Positions 27,413 to 37,297 are shown, numbered from the stretch's first letter. The stretch is 64,000 bases of DNA from Candidatus Buchananbacteria bacterium (GCA_041664165.1 JBAYLH010000001.1:73469-137468), one strand, 5' to 3'. Notes: generated from the sequence alone by a model not told the origin. Translations and numbers: made by a program.

Positions 27413-28529
27413 TTAATACTTATCTCGCTTATCTTGCTTATTAATGTATCTTAAATAATTTTCGATAAAAGAGTCAAGGTCGCCGTCCAAAACCGCTCCG
27501 GGATCGGCAGTTTCAAACTTAGTCCGGTGGTCTTTAACCAATTTATACGGCTGCAAAACATACGACCTGATCTGGTTGCCCCATTCAGCCGCTAAGACTT
27601 CGCCCCGAATTTCCGCCAGTTCTCTGCCTTTAGCCGACTCTTGCAAACTGGCTAACTTGGCCTGTAAAAGCTTCAAAGCTGTTTTCCGGTTTTGCAGCTG
27701 CGATCTTTCGTTTTGGCATTTAACCACAATTCCCGTGGGCAAATGAGTAATCCGCACGGCTGAGTCAGTTGTATTGACGCTTTGGCCGCCATGGCCGCCG
27801 GCTCGAAAAACTTCAATTTTCAAATCGCTTTCTTTAATCGGCAATTCTTGCGTTGGCGGCAATTCGGGCATTACTTCGACTAAAGCAAAAGAAGTGTGGC
27901 GCATTTTTTCCGCGTCAAAAGGCGAAATCCGGACCAAGCGGTGAACGCCGGCTTCAGCTTTCAAATTACCATAGGCATACGCGCCTAAAATTTCCACCGT
28001 CACGCTTTTAACCCCCGCTTCCTGGCCGCGGGTCGAATCAACGACTTTGGCGGTAAAACCTTTTTTTTCGCAATACCTCAAATACATCCGCAAAAGCATC
28101 TCCGCCCAGTCTTGAGCTTCCGTGCCGCCGGTGCCGGCGTGAATCGCTAAAATCGCATTGGCGCTGTCGTAATCACCGGAAAACAAGACTAAAAATTCTA
28201 AATCGTTAAATTGTTTTTCTAAGCGATCAAACTCCTTTTTCAATTCCGCTTCTAAATTTGAATTTTTTTCTTTTTCCGCCTCTTCGGCTAATTCCAGATT
28301 ATCGTTAACTTCTTTGGTTAAATTTTCCCAAGAGTTAAAAACCGTTTTAATACTCTCGCTGTGCTGACTAATTTCTTTAGCCTTAAGCTGATCCTGCCAG
28401 AAATCCGGCTGGTTCATAACTTTTTCCAATTTTTTTATTTCTAAAGCCAGACCGTCTGAGTCAAAGTAACCTCCGCGTGGCGGAAATTTTTTGTTTCAGC
28501 GCTTTTAATTTTTGGATTAATTCTTTCAT
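27413..28529 (-). CDS. prfB: Peptide chain release factor 2 with programmed +1 frameshift
   Basis: GGQ and SPF motifs; short upstream frame [22 protein letters not shown] ends at CTT TGA C (28460-28466), preceded by GGAGG. Confidence 0.97.
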
Positions 28530-28644
28530 AATCAACTATTGACAAAATAATCTATTTAATTAACAATACTATTACACTAAATTGCAGTAACTACTGACTA
28601 GGTTGTATTGATATACCAGGATATTCCGGAAAGGAAAAAGGTAA

Positions 28645-28845
28645 ATGACTATAGTAATCCCGACGATACTCTTGAGTTTATGGAAATGGGCTATTATCCC
28701 ACTAGTCATACTCTCTCTAGTAGGGTTTCTCAACAAAATCCAGGAAGGCGGGCCAGAAAAAGGATCCCAGATTTGGGCTCCAATCGCTTGGATATTTACG
28801 GTTGCCTGGATACTGATCTTTGTCATCAAGGGGGTCTCTTTCTGA
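28645..28845 (+). CDS. Small membrane protein with two hydrophobic segments
   Basis: 66 aa; purine-rich SD; upstream TTGACA at 28539; terminator tcttccgaaaggaaga plus T tract at about 28889-28911. Confidence 0.65.
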   Translation: MTIVIPTILLSLWKWAIIPLVILSLVGFLNKIQEGGPEKGSQIWAPIAWIFTVAWILIFVIKGVSF

Positions 28846-28923
28846 CAGTTGGCAATCCTGCCAGCACACTACATCTTTATTTTCCCATCTTCCGAAAGGA
28901 AGATTTTTTTTGTTTATTTAATA

Positions 28924-29322
28924 TTATTTACTGACACAGCCCCGGGTTTTATCAAAAATATCGCCGGCGGCGCAAAGACAAAAATTACCGAGTTTGTTGC
29001 GGTACCAGCGGCCGTTGCTTTGCAGGCAAATATTTTTTTGCTGGGCGGTTTCGCCTAAAACTTTAACCGGAATGCGCTGGCAGTTTTTAAACTCCAAATC
29101 CTGACAAGTCGGGCAGCTGGGACCGTAAATTCCCTGGCAAAAATCTCGGCTGAAACATTCATCTTCGTTGGTGATATTGCCGCAGTTGGTAATTTTAGCG
29201 ATATATTGCTTTAATAAAATATCCGTTTTACTGCGATAAAAATAAATATACGCGCTGGCAGCCAAGACAAACAAGATAAAAATTGAAAAAATTAAAATTG
29301 TCCGACGTGAAACTTTAAGCAT
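28924..29322 (-). CDS. Membrane-anchored Cys-rich hypothetical protein
   Basis: N-terminal TM segment, 10 Cys. Confidence 0.75.
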   Translation of the reverse strand: MLKVSRRTILIFSIFILFVLAASAYIYFYRSKTDILLKQYIAKITNCGNITNEDECFSRDFCQGIYGPSCPTCQDLEFKNCQRIPVKVLGETAQQKNICLQSNGRWYRNKLGNFCLCAAGDIFDKTRGCVSK

Positions 29323-29349
29323 ATTTTTGAAATTACTATTAATTGCTAG

Positions 29350-29724
29350 CTAATGACCGGCATTATTTTTTAAATTTTGCTGAGCTGGCGAATTAATCAA
29401 TGATTTAACCTGATCAAGTACTGTCGCGCCGGATTCACCCTGGTTCAAATTAATCACGTCAATATAAGGCTTAATAAATTTATTAATTAAGGCCGGCAAA
29501 TAAATCAAGCTAATAATTAAAGGAATGACAATGATTAAGAATTTAACCGCCGTCCAAACTTTGTTCCAGAAAATCCAGCGCTTAATTTCCATTACCATTT
29601 CCCGAGTTTCCCGAGAAATTTTTAGATTTTCCGCTAAAAGTTTCTGCAGCTCCTTTTGACTAAAAACATCGGCACCAACCTTTTGGTCCGAATTAGCCTT
29701 GGGATTATTAGCTTGGTCAGCCAT
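29350..29724 (-). CDS. Hypothetical membrane protein
   Basis: Coiled segment followed by a TM segment. Confidence 0.75.
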   Translation of the reverse strand: MADQANNPKANSDQKVGADVFSQKELQKLLAENLKISRETREMVMEIKRWIFWNKVWTAVKFLIIVIPLIISLIYLPALINKFIKPYIDVINLNQGESGATVLDQVKSLINSPAQQNLKNNAGH

Positions 29725-29847
29725 ACTTAATTATTATACTATATTTAGCCAAACCCCGCACCTTAATGGCTGCCATTTCCTAATTTCTATCGGTTGAAGG
29801 CAAAACAAAAAAGACCTGTTTCCAAGTCTTTTTTGCTTATTTTATCC

Positions 29848-31443
29848 TTACAAACCCTTGTCTGTATTGATGTCGGGTGAACTGTTTTTAATTGAATCTT
29901 TGCTATACTCGGTAACGGCCGTAATTTGGCTGCCGGTTTTATAGTTAACAAAGAAAGCATCGGAAATATCATCTACTAAGGTAGTCGCCCAGCTGGCGCC
30001 GTAAAGAGCAGCGGCGATGTCAGCGGTGGTAACCCATCTCAAAGTGCCATCACCGGCAACGGCGTAAACTTTCGGATCCGTGTTGATTTTAACTAATTTT
30101 ACACCGGGCCGATAAGTCGCGTTGCCACCAATCAGGTACTTGGCTAAATCAGCGGCGCTAATGGTTTTAACGGTGGAAAAATCGCTATACCAAGTCTTGT
30201 AAGTTTTTTCATTCGGAAAAACATAGCGTTTGCCATCTTGGCCAAGATAATAGACTGCCTTGCAGGGATCATTAACACCAGCGTTGGCAGCACAAGCTAA
30301 CTTGACTAAATCGCCGCCGGCCGCAATTTTTTCGCCAATGACCGCAAACTTAGTGAAATGAGCGGTTGTAGCCGTGATTTTATTGCCAGCGGAGTCAATA
30401 GTACCGCCCAAACTGAGCCATTTCTTGGTCGCTTCGTCCCAATAGTTGACCGCTAAAGTCGATTCATTAATCCCTTTAATATTTTCGTCGGAGTAGGTAA
30501 AAGTCAAAGTCAACAACTTGTCAAAGGTGGTTATTGCCTGTCCGCCGACCGTGGCCGAAAAGTCATAAACTTGATTGCCAACCACTCCTTTGGCGCTTTC
30601 CGGAGCAGTATAACTGGCAGTTGGCGTAATCGTTATTTCCCCGCTGCCGCTGAAAGCGCCGCTTGGGATTGTAATCGCCGCTTTATTATCCGTTAAAGAA
30701 ACTAAACCCCCTTCGGTGCCGGTAATGGCTTTGGTAATCTTAGCTGCCGGCGCGATTAATTCGATGGTGTCGCTAACCGCTGCCGATTCACCGCCGCCGG
30801 TTGACCGAAACTTAACATAGACAGTCTTAACGCCCAAGCCGGAGACTAAAGTCCAGCTGGCTGAAGTTGCATAATTTTGCCAGCTGCCGGCATCGGAAAA
30901 ATCAGCTTTATTGGCAATTAACATAGTAGCGGCGTTTGTCGCTGATAAAGTAAGCGTGATACCGGTACTTTCCGTCTGAATGTTGCCGCTATCAATTGCT
31001 ACCGCAGCATTGGTAGGCGTAACTACTACCGGTGCCGCACCGCCGCCACCTCCACCGCCGCCACCGCTGCCCGGAGCACTACACTTGTCGCCGCTAATAG
31101 TTAAAGTAACATCTTGACTTGATCCCGAAGTTATACTGATTGACGAAGCCGTGCCGGAACAGCCATCTTGGGCAATTTCCGGTGAAACTTTCATTCGCCA
31201 GCCGTCGGCTGCTTGAAAGGTAATATTTGAATCACTGGCCAAACTAATAGTCAAAGTGGAATCTGCATTAATAATAATTGACTCGGCTAAACTGTCGTTG
31301 GTAATCGTTAAATTTTTACCATTAGGCAGTAAAAGATTAGTTTCGGCATTAAACGTCAGTGTCGCCGCGGCAGCCAAACCTGGGATGCCGACAGCAAGAG
31401 AAAATATTACCAACCCGACTCCTATAAAAAATATTTTCCGCAT
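29848..31443 (-). CDS. Secreted/surface protein with poly-Gly linker and C-terminal repeat domain
   Basis: Signal peptide, Gly run, beta-rich domains, AVYYLGQDGKRYVFPNEKTY / PKVYAV repeats. Confidence 0.85.
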   Translation of the reverse strand: MRKIFFIGVGLVIFSLAVGIPGLAAAATLTFNAETNLLLPNGKNLTITNDSLAESIIINADSTLTISLASDSNITFQAADGWRMKVSPEIAQDGCSGTASSISITSGSSQDVTLTISGDKCSAPGSGGGGGGGGGAAPVVVTPTNAAVAIDSGNIQTESTGITLTLSATNAATMLIANKADFSDAGSWQNYATSASWTLVSGLGVKTVYVKFRSTGGGESAAVSDTIELIAPAAKITKAITGTEGGLVSLTDNKAAITIPSGAFSGSGEITITPTASYTAPESAKGVVGNQVYDFSATVGGQAITTFDKLLTLTFTYSDENIKGINESTLAVNYWDEATKKWLSLGGTIDSAGNKITATTAHFTKFAVIGEKIAAGGDLVKLACAANAGVNDPCKAVYYLGQDGKRYVFPNEKTYKTWYSDFSTVKTISAADLAKYLIGGNATYRPGVKLVKINTDPKVYAVAGDGTLRWVTTADIAAALYGASWATTLVDDISDAFFVNYKTGSQITAVTEYSKDSIKNSSPDINTDKGL

Positions 31444-31479
31444 AACATTATAGTTTAAGGGTAATTAATTTTCTCTTTT

Positions 31480-32028
31480 TTAATTACAGCGACCAGCCGA
31501 GCAAACTAAGCTAGGGGTGGCAACATCAATATAACAATTATAATAAGCACCGTTGCTGGCAGCTAATTCTAAACAGCCATTAGTAACCGGAGCGGCGCTG
31601 CCGTCGTTAATATCGCCGATACTGACTGTTGAAGTCGAGCTAGTCCGATCCCGAGAAAATATTCCCGGCGTAGTTGTCGGAGCAGAACTCGTTGATAAAT
31701 CAAAAATTGTCCCGCCGGCCTTTATATAGCTGCCGACTGTCAGACTGCCTCCGGCGCTAACGGCACCCTGAGTGTAAAGCCCGCCGGTCGATGAAGCGTT
31801 GCCGATAACCGTCAAATCATTACTGGCATACAAAGAAGTCGTGGTCGCGCTGCCGCCAACTGATAAATTGCCGCTGGTAAGAGTGATGTCGCCCGAACCG
31901 ACAGTAATGCTACTGCCGATAGTCGTTGCCGCGTAAACAACCGTCATAACAAAAAGCGATGCGATCAGCACCACCATTACACTTTTAAGAAACGATGACC
32001 ATTTTGAAAATTGTTTCTTAATCTCCAT
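31480..32028 (-). CDS. Secreted Ser/Thr/Gly-rich hypothetical protein
   Basis: Signal peptide ending VYA, beta-repeat-like body, C-terminal Cys cluster. Confidence 0.8.
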   Translation of the reverse strand: MEIKKQFSKWSSFLKSVMVVLIASLFVMTVVYAATTIGSSITVGSGDITLTSGNLSVGGSATTTSLYASNDLTVIGNASSTGGLYTQGAVSAGGSLTVGSYIKAGGTIFDLSTSSAPTTTPGIFSRDRTSSTSTVSIGDINDGSAAPVTNGCLELAASNGAYYNCYIDVATPSLVCSAGRCN

Positions 32029-32178
32029 AATTTTTTGGATTAAAAAATTAATTAAATTAAATTATATATAAAAATGTTTTTGTTTCATCCATATTATACC
32101 AAAAAAAGTAAAAAAAGTAAAAATACAAAAAGCTGTGGATATCTCTAGCCACAGCTTTTCCCTATTTTATTGAGTATT

Positions 32179-32718
32179 TTAACTATTTTTGACGGTTAAA
32201 GCCTTTAATTGCCTAAAATTTGCCAAAAACTTAATTCCTTCATAAGCCCCAACAAAGATGCCGGTATAGAATAAATCCCCCAACAAAGTGGCTCGGAAAA
32301 AAGGAATCGCCGCGATGAAACAGTCAACTAAGCCAAGCAAATCTTTGGTGTACCAGGAGGCAAACTGCCAAACTGCAAAATTAGTGGCGATAAAAAACAA
32401 AACCGAGGCAAAAATACTGGCTGCCATCACCACTTCAACATTCTTATGTTTTTTGATTAAGCTGGCAACTAAGCCCGTAATAACGTAGCTGCCATAAACT
32501 ACCAGCATCAAAGGCAGCGAATAAAAACCGATGAACAGATCGCCTAAAGCCATGGCGGCAATCGGCAAAAAAACGGCATAGCTCCGACCCAAATAAAAAC
32601 CGGCAAAAATAGCAATGGCGGCAATCGGCGCAAAGTTGCCAAGATGAGGTAAAATTCGACAAGCCACCCCCAGGGCGATCAAAATGATTGAAATAATGAT
32701 TTTTGTTGTTTTGTCCAT
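32179..32718 (-). CDS. DUF6580-like membrane protein, putative solitary S-component-type B12 transporter
   Basis: RILPHLGNFAPIAAIAIFAG, FFIATNFAVW, AIPFFRATLLGDL; last gene of the riboswitch operon. Confidence 0.75.
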   Translation of the reverse strand: MDKTTKIIISIILIALGVACRILPHLGNFAPIAAIAIFAGFYLGRSYAVFLPIAAMALGDLFIGFYSLPLMLVVYGSYVITGLVASLIKKHKNVEVVMAASIFASVLFFIATNFAVWQFASWYTKDLLGLVDCFIAAIPFFRATLLGDLFYTGIFVGAYEGIKFLANFRQLKALTVKNS

Positions 32719-32724
32719 ACAATT

Positions 32725-33186
32725 TTAATGTTTTATCAAATTAAATTGGTTTGAAACATATTTCCACTCGACAATATCTCCCGCTTTTAATTGATAGTTG
32801 CTGGCACCGATCTCCGCATAAACATTATTGACCCAATAATGCCAAAACCGATTAGTCTTATTATTGTTAGCAATTTTATTGATTGATTCGACTAAAACCC
32901 CGAGTTCGCCGCCATAGTCCTTGTAGCTAAACTCCAGCTTATTTTCGGCGGTAATTTTTTTTAGCAACTCAAAAACCGAACTATTCTCGGCTAAAGCGAT
33001 GCTATTGAAAGTCTGGACTTCACCGTTACCGAAATCAAGCATTAAATTGACCTTAATTTCTTGGTTTGCCTGGTTTTTTGGCTGTTTATTGATCCAGCCA
33101 TCGGCCGGAGCCAAAACCTGCTGGCCAAAATAAAAACCGGCAAAAAAGATAGCCAGGGCTAATATAATTTTAGCAATCAGTTTCAT
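32725..33186 (-). CDS. DUF4430 (transcobalamin beta-domain-like) membrane-anchored protein
   Basis: SVFELL, GVLVESINKI, FWHYWVNN..GASNYQLKAGDIVEWKY. Confidence 0.88.
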   Translation of the reverse strand: MKLIAKIILALAIFFAGFYFGQQVLAPADGWINKQPKNQANQEIKVNLMLDFGNGEVQTFNSIALAENSSVFELLKKITAENKLEFSYKDYGGELGVLVESINKIANNNKTNRFWHYWVNNVYAEIGASNYQLKAGDIVEWKYVSNQFNLIKH

Positions 33187-33187
33187 C

Positions 33188-33694
33188 TTAGTTAGCTTTA
33201 ATTTTATTGCGACTTATTAATAATTTTACTGCAAAAAAGGCAAATAAGCAAACAATTATCCCGGCTAAAATTTCCGCCCAAAGCGGCAAACCCCAGACAT
33301 AAAGCGTCAGCGGGATCTTTACGCCCGTAGCCGCTGCTAATCCCCCGCTCGCCAAAGGCCGGGCCACGACCGAAAGATTAGTGCTAAATATCCCCGGCCG
33401 TTTCGGGTTAACGATAACTTTGATCAGCTGGCTGCCGTCGGGATCAAGCCGAAAATCAGCCGGACTGATTTTAATTTCCGAATTCAAGCCGTCGGGATAA
33501 ACCTGATACAGCGCCGGTTCGGAACTGACGTTAAAAATCAAAACTTCCGTTTCCGTTGAAAAATTTACCAGGGCTTTGAAACTAAGCTCATTCGGCTTGA
33601 CCCCGATGCCGATGGCTTGCGCCGACTGGCTGACCATCAAACTAAAAAACAGAGCTAGCGCTAATACTACAAATTTTTGGCAGAACCAAATCAT
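33188..33694 (-). CDS. Ig-like membrane-anchored hypothetical protein
   Basis: Signal peptide, IGVKP start of a beta-sandwich, C-terminal TM segment. Confidence 0.75.
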   Translation of the reverse strand: MIWFCQKFVVLALALFFSLMVSQSAQAIGIGVKPNELSFKALVNFSTETEVLIFNVSSEPALYQVYPDGLNSEIKISPADFRLDPDGSQLIKVIVNPKRPGIFSTNLSVVARPLASGGLAAATGVKIPLTLYVWGLPLWAEILAGIIVCLFAFFAVKLLISRNKIKAN

Positions 33695-33707
33695 AGCCTA
33701 AAGTAAA

Positions 33708-35531
33708 CTATTGAACCTGGGCCCAAAAAATTACTTCCCCGGTTTTGATGCCAAAACCCAGGTAATTGCCCGGCACTGCCAAAACGACATCCTGGTTTTT
33801 ACTTTCCTGGCTGGCCAAGTTTAAAAAGTAGCCGGACCATAGACTGCTGCCAATTGAAACATTTCGAGTAAAAACCGGGTCGCCGGTAACTGACGAAGTA
33901 ATTCTTAAGTTAACCGTACCCAAATTATTTAAAGTGATGGTTTGGCTGGCACTTTTTCCCGGCTGGACTTTGCCGAAATCAAGCTGGCTGGGAGTAACTT
34001 CAAAAATGATCGCTTCCCCGCCGATCCGGCCGCGGCCGCCCTGGTCAACTTCGACTTGCAAACCGACATTTTGCGAAACGCCGCTGCCAACCGAAATTAT
34101 TGCCTGATTGCTCCGGATGTAATTTTCCTTTTCCGCCGCTAAAGTGTAATAACCCGCCGGCAGCGCCATCACCACCTGGCCGGAAACGTCAGTTTGGTAT
34201 TCTTTATCGCCGCCGAAAACTATCGCGCCGGAAATCGGCTGCCAGTCCGACTGGCTGAAATATTTTACCGTTACGGTAATGCTTTCTCCCGGGTCAGTCT
34301 GATTTTTGCTGACAGTCAGGCTCAAGGGCTTATCGTAATCCGGATAAGCCGGAGCGTTGGTGTCGACATCATAATAAATTAAAACTTCGTCATTAGCCTG
34401 CAGATTATATTGCTCCAAACCGGAATCCGAAGGCTTATTATTTATCAAATACATCCAATAAGCCGGCGAACTGCCCGCCACGCCATTGATTGAATCAAGA
34501 AAAAAAGTGCCATAAGTCCGGTTGCCGGCAAAATTGTAATGACAAGAGACTGAACCGGCGACTAATAAATCATAAGCCGTCAAACCATTTAAAAACTTAT
34601 CGCAAATTGCCCCAGTCTGGCCTTCGATCCGAAAATGATATTGACCGGTTGGCTCTTGGCTGTCGCCGCTAGCACCAGCGTTAAAATGAGCTAAAGGCAA
34701 AGTCCGGCCCGATAAGGCCAAAACCGCATCCTGCGTCGCCAGCAAATTAGCGCCGGCATTAGTTTCGGTTCGGCCAAAAGAACCGTCGGCATTTTGCCGG
34801 GCGGAAATATAGCTAATCGGATTATTGTTTCCTTTGACCCATTGCTCCGGATTTTGACCGGCTTTGCGGATCGCCCAAACCACCCAGCTGGTTGAATTGG
34901 CATCGGATGAATTGTCAGCCGCCCAGCCAAAACCGCCGTCAGCATTTTGGGCTGAAGTTAAATAGCTTAAAGCATTAGTAACAGTCGAATTGCTGGCATT
35001 AACGCCGGCTTCCAGCAAAGCGATAGTAACGATAGCGGTGCTGTTGGTATCGCTGTCAATGCCGATGTTATAGCCCCAGCCGCCGTCAGGATTTTGTTTT
35101 GACAGCAAATAATTTTTGGCGCCGACAATTTCCGTACCCGTTAAACTCTGGCCGGCGGAAGATAAAGCTAAAATGCCAAAACTATCGTCCATCAGCATTT
35201 GACTGTCGCCAATTTGGCTATTTTGGTAAAAGCCTTTCAAGGCGGCAACGTAATCAATATTGCCGAAATCAGCCGGATTTTGACCCAGCGCCGAAACGGC
35301 CAAAATGGTTTTGGCGTAGTCTAACGGCGTATTGTCAGTTGATTTGAGGTAATCCGAAGCGATGTCGGAAGCGCCGGCCGCCACCAAAGCCATGGTCACC
35401 CAAGGCGCCTGGCTTGATTGTTTTAAATAAGTGATTGAATCTTGGCTGATGTCAGCCGAGACAATGGCCGGCTGAAAAACCGATAAAACCACGGCCGCAG
35501 CCAATAAAATAGTAATGATTTTGTTTTTCAT
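33708..35531 (-). CDS. Secreted prenyltransferase/squalene-oxidase-repeat + DUF4430 + Ig-like protein (transcobalamin-like architecture)
   Basis: QNPDGGWG/QNADGGFG/QNADGSFG repeats, FFLDSING..YWMYLINN; start moved to ATG 35531 (MKNKII), just after the riboswitch terminator. Confidence 0.85.
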   Translation of the reverse strand: MKNKIITILLAAAVVLSVFQPAIVSADISQDSITYLKQSSQAPWVTMALVAAGASDIASDYLKSTDNTPLDYAKTILAVSALGQNPADFGNIDYVAALKGFYQNSQIGDSQMLMDDSFGILALSSAGQSLTGTEIVGAKNYLLSKQNPDGGWGYNIGIDSDTNSTAIVTIALLEAGVNASNSTVTNALSYLTSAQNADGGFGWAADNSSDANSTSWVVWAIRKAGQNPEQWVKGNNNPISYISARQNADGSFGRTETNAGANLLATQDAVLALSGRTLPLAHFNAGASGDSQEPTGQYHFRIEGQTGAICDKFLNGLTAYDLLVAGSVSCHYNFAGNRTYGTFFLDSINGVAGSSPAYWMYLINNKPSDSGLEQYNLQANDEVLIYYDVDTNAPAYPDYDKPLSLTVSKNQTDPGESITVTVKYFSQSDWQPISGAIVFGGDKEYQTDVSGQVVMALPAGYYTLAAEKENYIRSNQAIISVGSGVSQNVGLQVEVDQGGRGRIGGEAIIFEVTPSQLDFGKVQPGKSASQTITLNNLGTVNLRITSSVTGDPVFTRNVSIGSSLWSGYFLNLASQESKNQDVVLAVPGNYLGFGIKTGEVIFWAQVQ

Positions 35532-35537
35532 ATAAAC

Positions 35538-35562
35538 AAAAAATCTCCCGTTTCGAGAGAGT
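35538..35562 (-). terminator. Riboswitch expression-platform terminator
   Basis: Minus strand ctctctcg-aaa-cgggaga-tttttt immediately before the ATG. Confidence 0.75.
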
Positions 35563-35633
35563 TTGGTCATAAAGTCTGCCTAAATTAGCGACTTTCACCT
35601 GCTCTTAGCCTCGAAGAGTTTAGTGAATTAATC

Positions 35634-35790
35634 AGTTTTGATTTTCGCGACCTGGCTTAGTCTTGGCACTAGCCTTGACTTCACAGTTGCGGGTCAGCGG
35701 AGGATTGGTTAGAAACAAGTAGTTTAGTAACATGTAACATGTTTCTTGTCACTTGTCTCTAAATTTACCTCACTTCGGAAAATCAAAACT
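35634..35790 (-). ncRNA. Cobalamin riboswitch (compact type) with inserted hairpin
   Basis: Closing helix agttttgatttt/aaaatcaaaact; core gagg...aatcctccgctgacccgcaactgtga ... aagccaggtcgc; upstream of DUF4430 genes, next to cobO. Confidence 0.92.
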
Positions 35791-35914
35791 CTTTGTTAAA
35801 GGTAGCTTAAGTTTAGACGGCAAAAATTTTAATGTCAAATCTGACTGTGGATAAATAGAAAAACTCTAAATCCTAATACCTACCTTTGGTATGAAGGATT
35901 TCGTGCTTAGAATT

Positions 35915-36436
35915 TTAGTCCTCTATCCCTTTCCTGGCTAATAAACCGGCTTGATACGGGTGTTTAATTTCTTTCATTTCCGTCACGTAGTCGGCCAGCT
36001 TGATTAATTCTTTTGGTGCCCGGCGGCCGGTCAAAACTAATTCAACGCCAGCCGGCTTACTTTTCATCAGTTGAACTATTTCTTTAACCGAAATTAATTT
36101 AAAAAATAACGCCAAAAAAATTTCATCCAAAATCACCAAGTCAAACTTACCGGATTTGAATATCTTTTTTGCCCAATTCAGCGCTCTTTTGGCTAAAATT
36201 TTATCTTGAGCCGTGCCTTTTTGGTAAATATAAGTCTTTTGGCCAAAGCGCTTAATTGTTACTTCCGGTAATCGTTTTAAGCTATCCAGCTCACTATACT
36301 GCTGGGCTTTGAGAAACTGAACCAGATAAACCTGATAACCGGCGCCAATCGCCCGCAAAGCCAAGCCTAAAGCGGCCGTGGTTTTGCCCTTGCCGTCGCC
36401 GGTATAAATATGGATTTTGCCTAATTGAGATTTCAT
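35915..36436 (-). CDS. cobO: Cob(I)yrinate/cobalamin adenosyltransferase (CobO/BtuR)
   Basis: YTGDGKGKTTAALG, QFLK, ILDE, ELVLTGR, KHP. Confidence 0.96.
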   Translation of the reverse strand: MKSQLGKIHIYTGDGKGKTTAALGLALRAIGAGYQVYLVQFLKAQQYSELDSLKRLPEVTIKRFGQKTYIYQKGTAQDKILAKRALNWAKKIFKSGKFDLVILDEIFLALFFKLISVKEIVQLMKSKPAGVELVLTGRRAPKELIKLADYVTEMKEIKHPYQAGLLARKGIED

Positions 36437-36489
36437 ATCTTAACTATAAGGAGAATTGACAACTCTTAACAAGAATGCTAGCCTATAGT

Positions 36490-36694
36490 TGCATTAATCG
36501 TTCTTTGTTTTGTATATCCCAGGATTTGTTCCTAATAAGGATCTTATTTTCAAGCTGGGCTGGTTAAAACAAACCAGAATGCAAACTTTCGATGCCTTCG
36601 TTTACTAAACGGAATGCAGCGAGGTATAAAATTCGTCTCTATCTCTTGGGCAGGTCTTTCAAAGGCCGATCCGAGAGAGGGACGAATTTTTTTT
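36490..36694 (+). ncRNA. Candidate structured non-coding RNA of unknown family
   Basis: TTGACA-17-TAGCCT promoter (36456-36484), several hairpins, long terminal hairpin plus T tract, no credible ORF. Confidence 0.5.
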
Positions 36695-36701
36695 ATAAAA
36701 A

Positions 36702-37160
36702 CTACAAGTCATCTTCGGTAATCACCTTGATCCCATTTTGCAAAAGCAATGCCGTCAAAACACCGTTGCCGTTAACTAAAGTTTTGGCGAATGTGCCGTC
36801 ATACGTTTTGCCGCAACCGCAAGACGGGCTTTTGGCTTTTAAAATTGCCGATTTGGCTCCGCTTAATTTGGCAATTTCTAAAATTTCTTTGGCCCCGGAA
36901 ATAAATTTTGAAGAAACGTCGCTGCCGTCCGGCTCAATTACCTTTGTTTCGCCGCTTAAAACTTTTTCCCCCAACCCGCCTAAAATTTCGGCATCCGGCC
37001 GCGGCGTGGCAAAACCGCCGTAAATTTCCGGACAAACCGGAATAAAACCTTTGCCTTTCAAAAAAACCAAAACTTTTTGGTTTAAGCGATTGCCGCCTTT
37101 GTAATCGCAATTAAGACCCAAAAGGCAGGCACTGACTAAAATTTTTTCTTTTTTTACCAT
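36702..37160 (-). CDS. DUF523 / 2-thiouracil desulfurase family Fe-S protein
   Basis: VSACLLG, VCPEIYGG..TPR, KAKSPSCG. Confidence 0.92.
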   Translation of the reverse strand: MVKKEKILVSACLLGLNCDYKGGNRLNQKVLVFLKGKGFIPVCPEIYGGFATPRPDAEILGGLGEKVLSGETKVIEPDGSDVSSKFISGAKEILEIAKLSGAKSAILKAKSPSCGCGKTYDGTFAKTLVNGNGVLTALLLQNGIKVITEDDL

Positions 37161-37297
37161 ACCTCCCTATTATAGACAAACGGCCATAAGAAAACAAATC
37201 CCCGCCTAAAAACCTAGTTTTTAACATCGCCATTTGGCTTATCTAAAAGTGCAAAATGTGTATGTTGCACTTCGGACCAGAATGCAGGTACATAAGC

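Noticed and set aside
27413-28529. prfB pseudogene
   Set aside because: The break is the canonical CTT-TGA-C programmed frameshift
35532-35570. Upstream start MTKLSRNGRFFVY for the B12-binding protein
   Set aside because: Lies within the riboswitch terminator; the signal peptide starts at MKNKII
36490-36694. tmRNA, SRP RNA, RNase P RNA or 6S RNA
   Set aside because: No tRNA-like ends or ALAA-type tag, no SRP domain IV motif, no GAGGAAAGUCC core, and no single long rod evident
36592-37023. 143-aa plus-strand ORF
   Set aside because: Mostly antisense to the DUF523 gene and runs through a terminator hairpin
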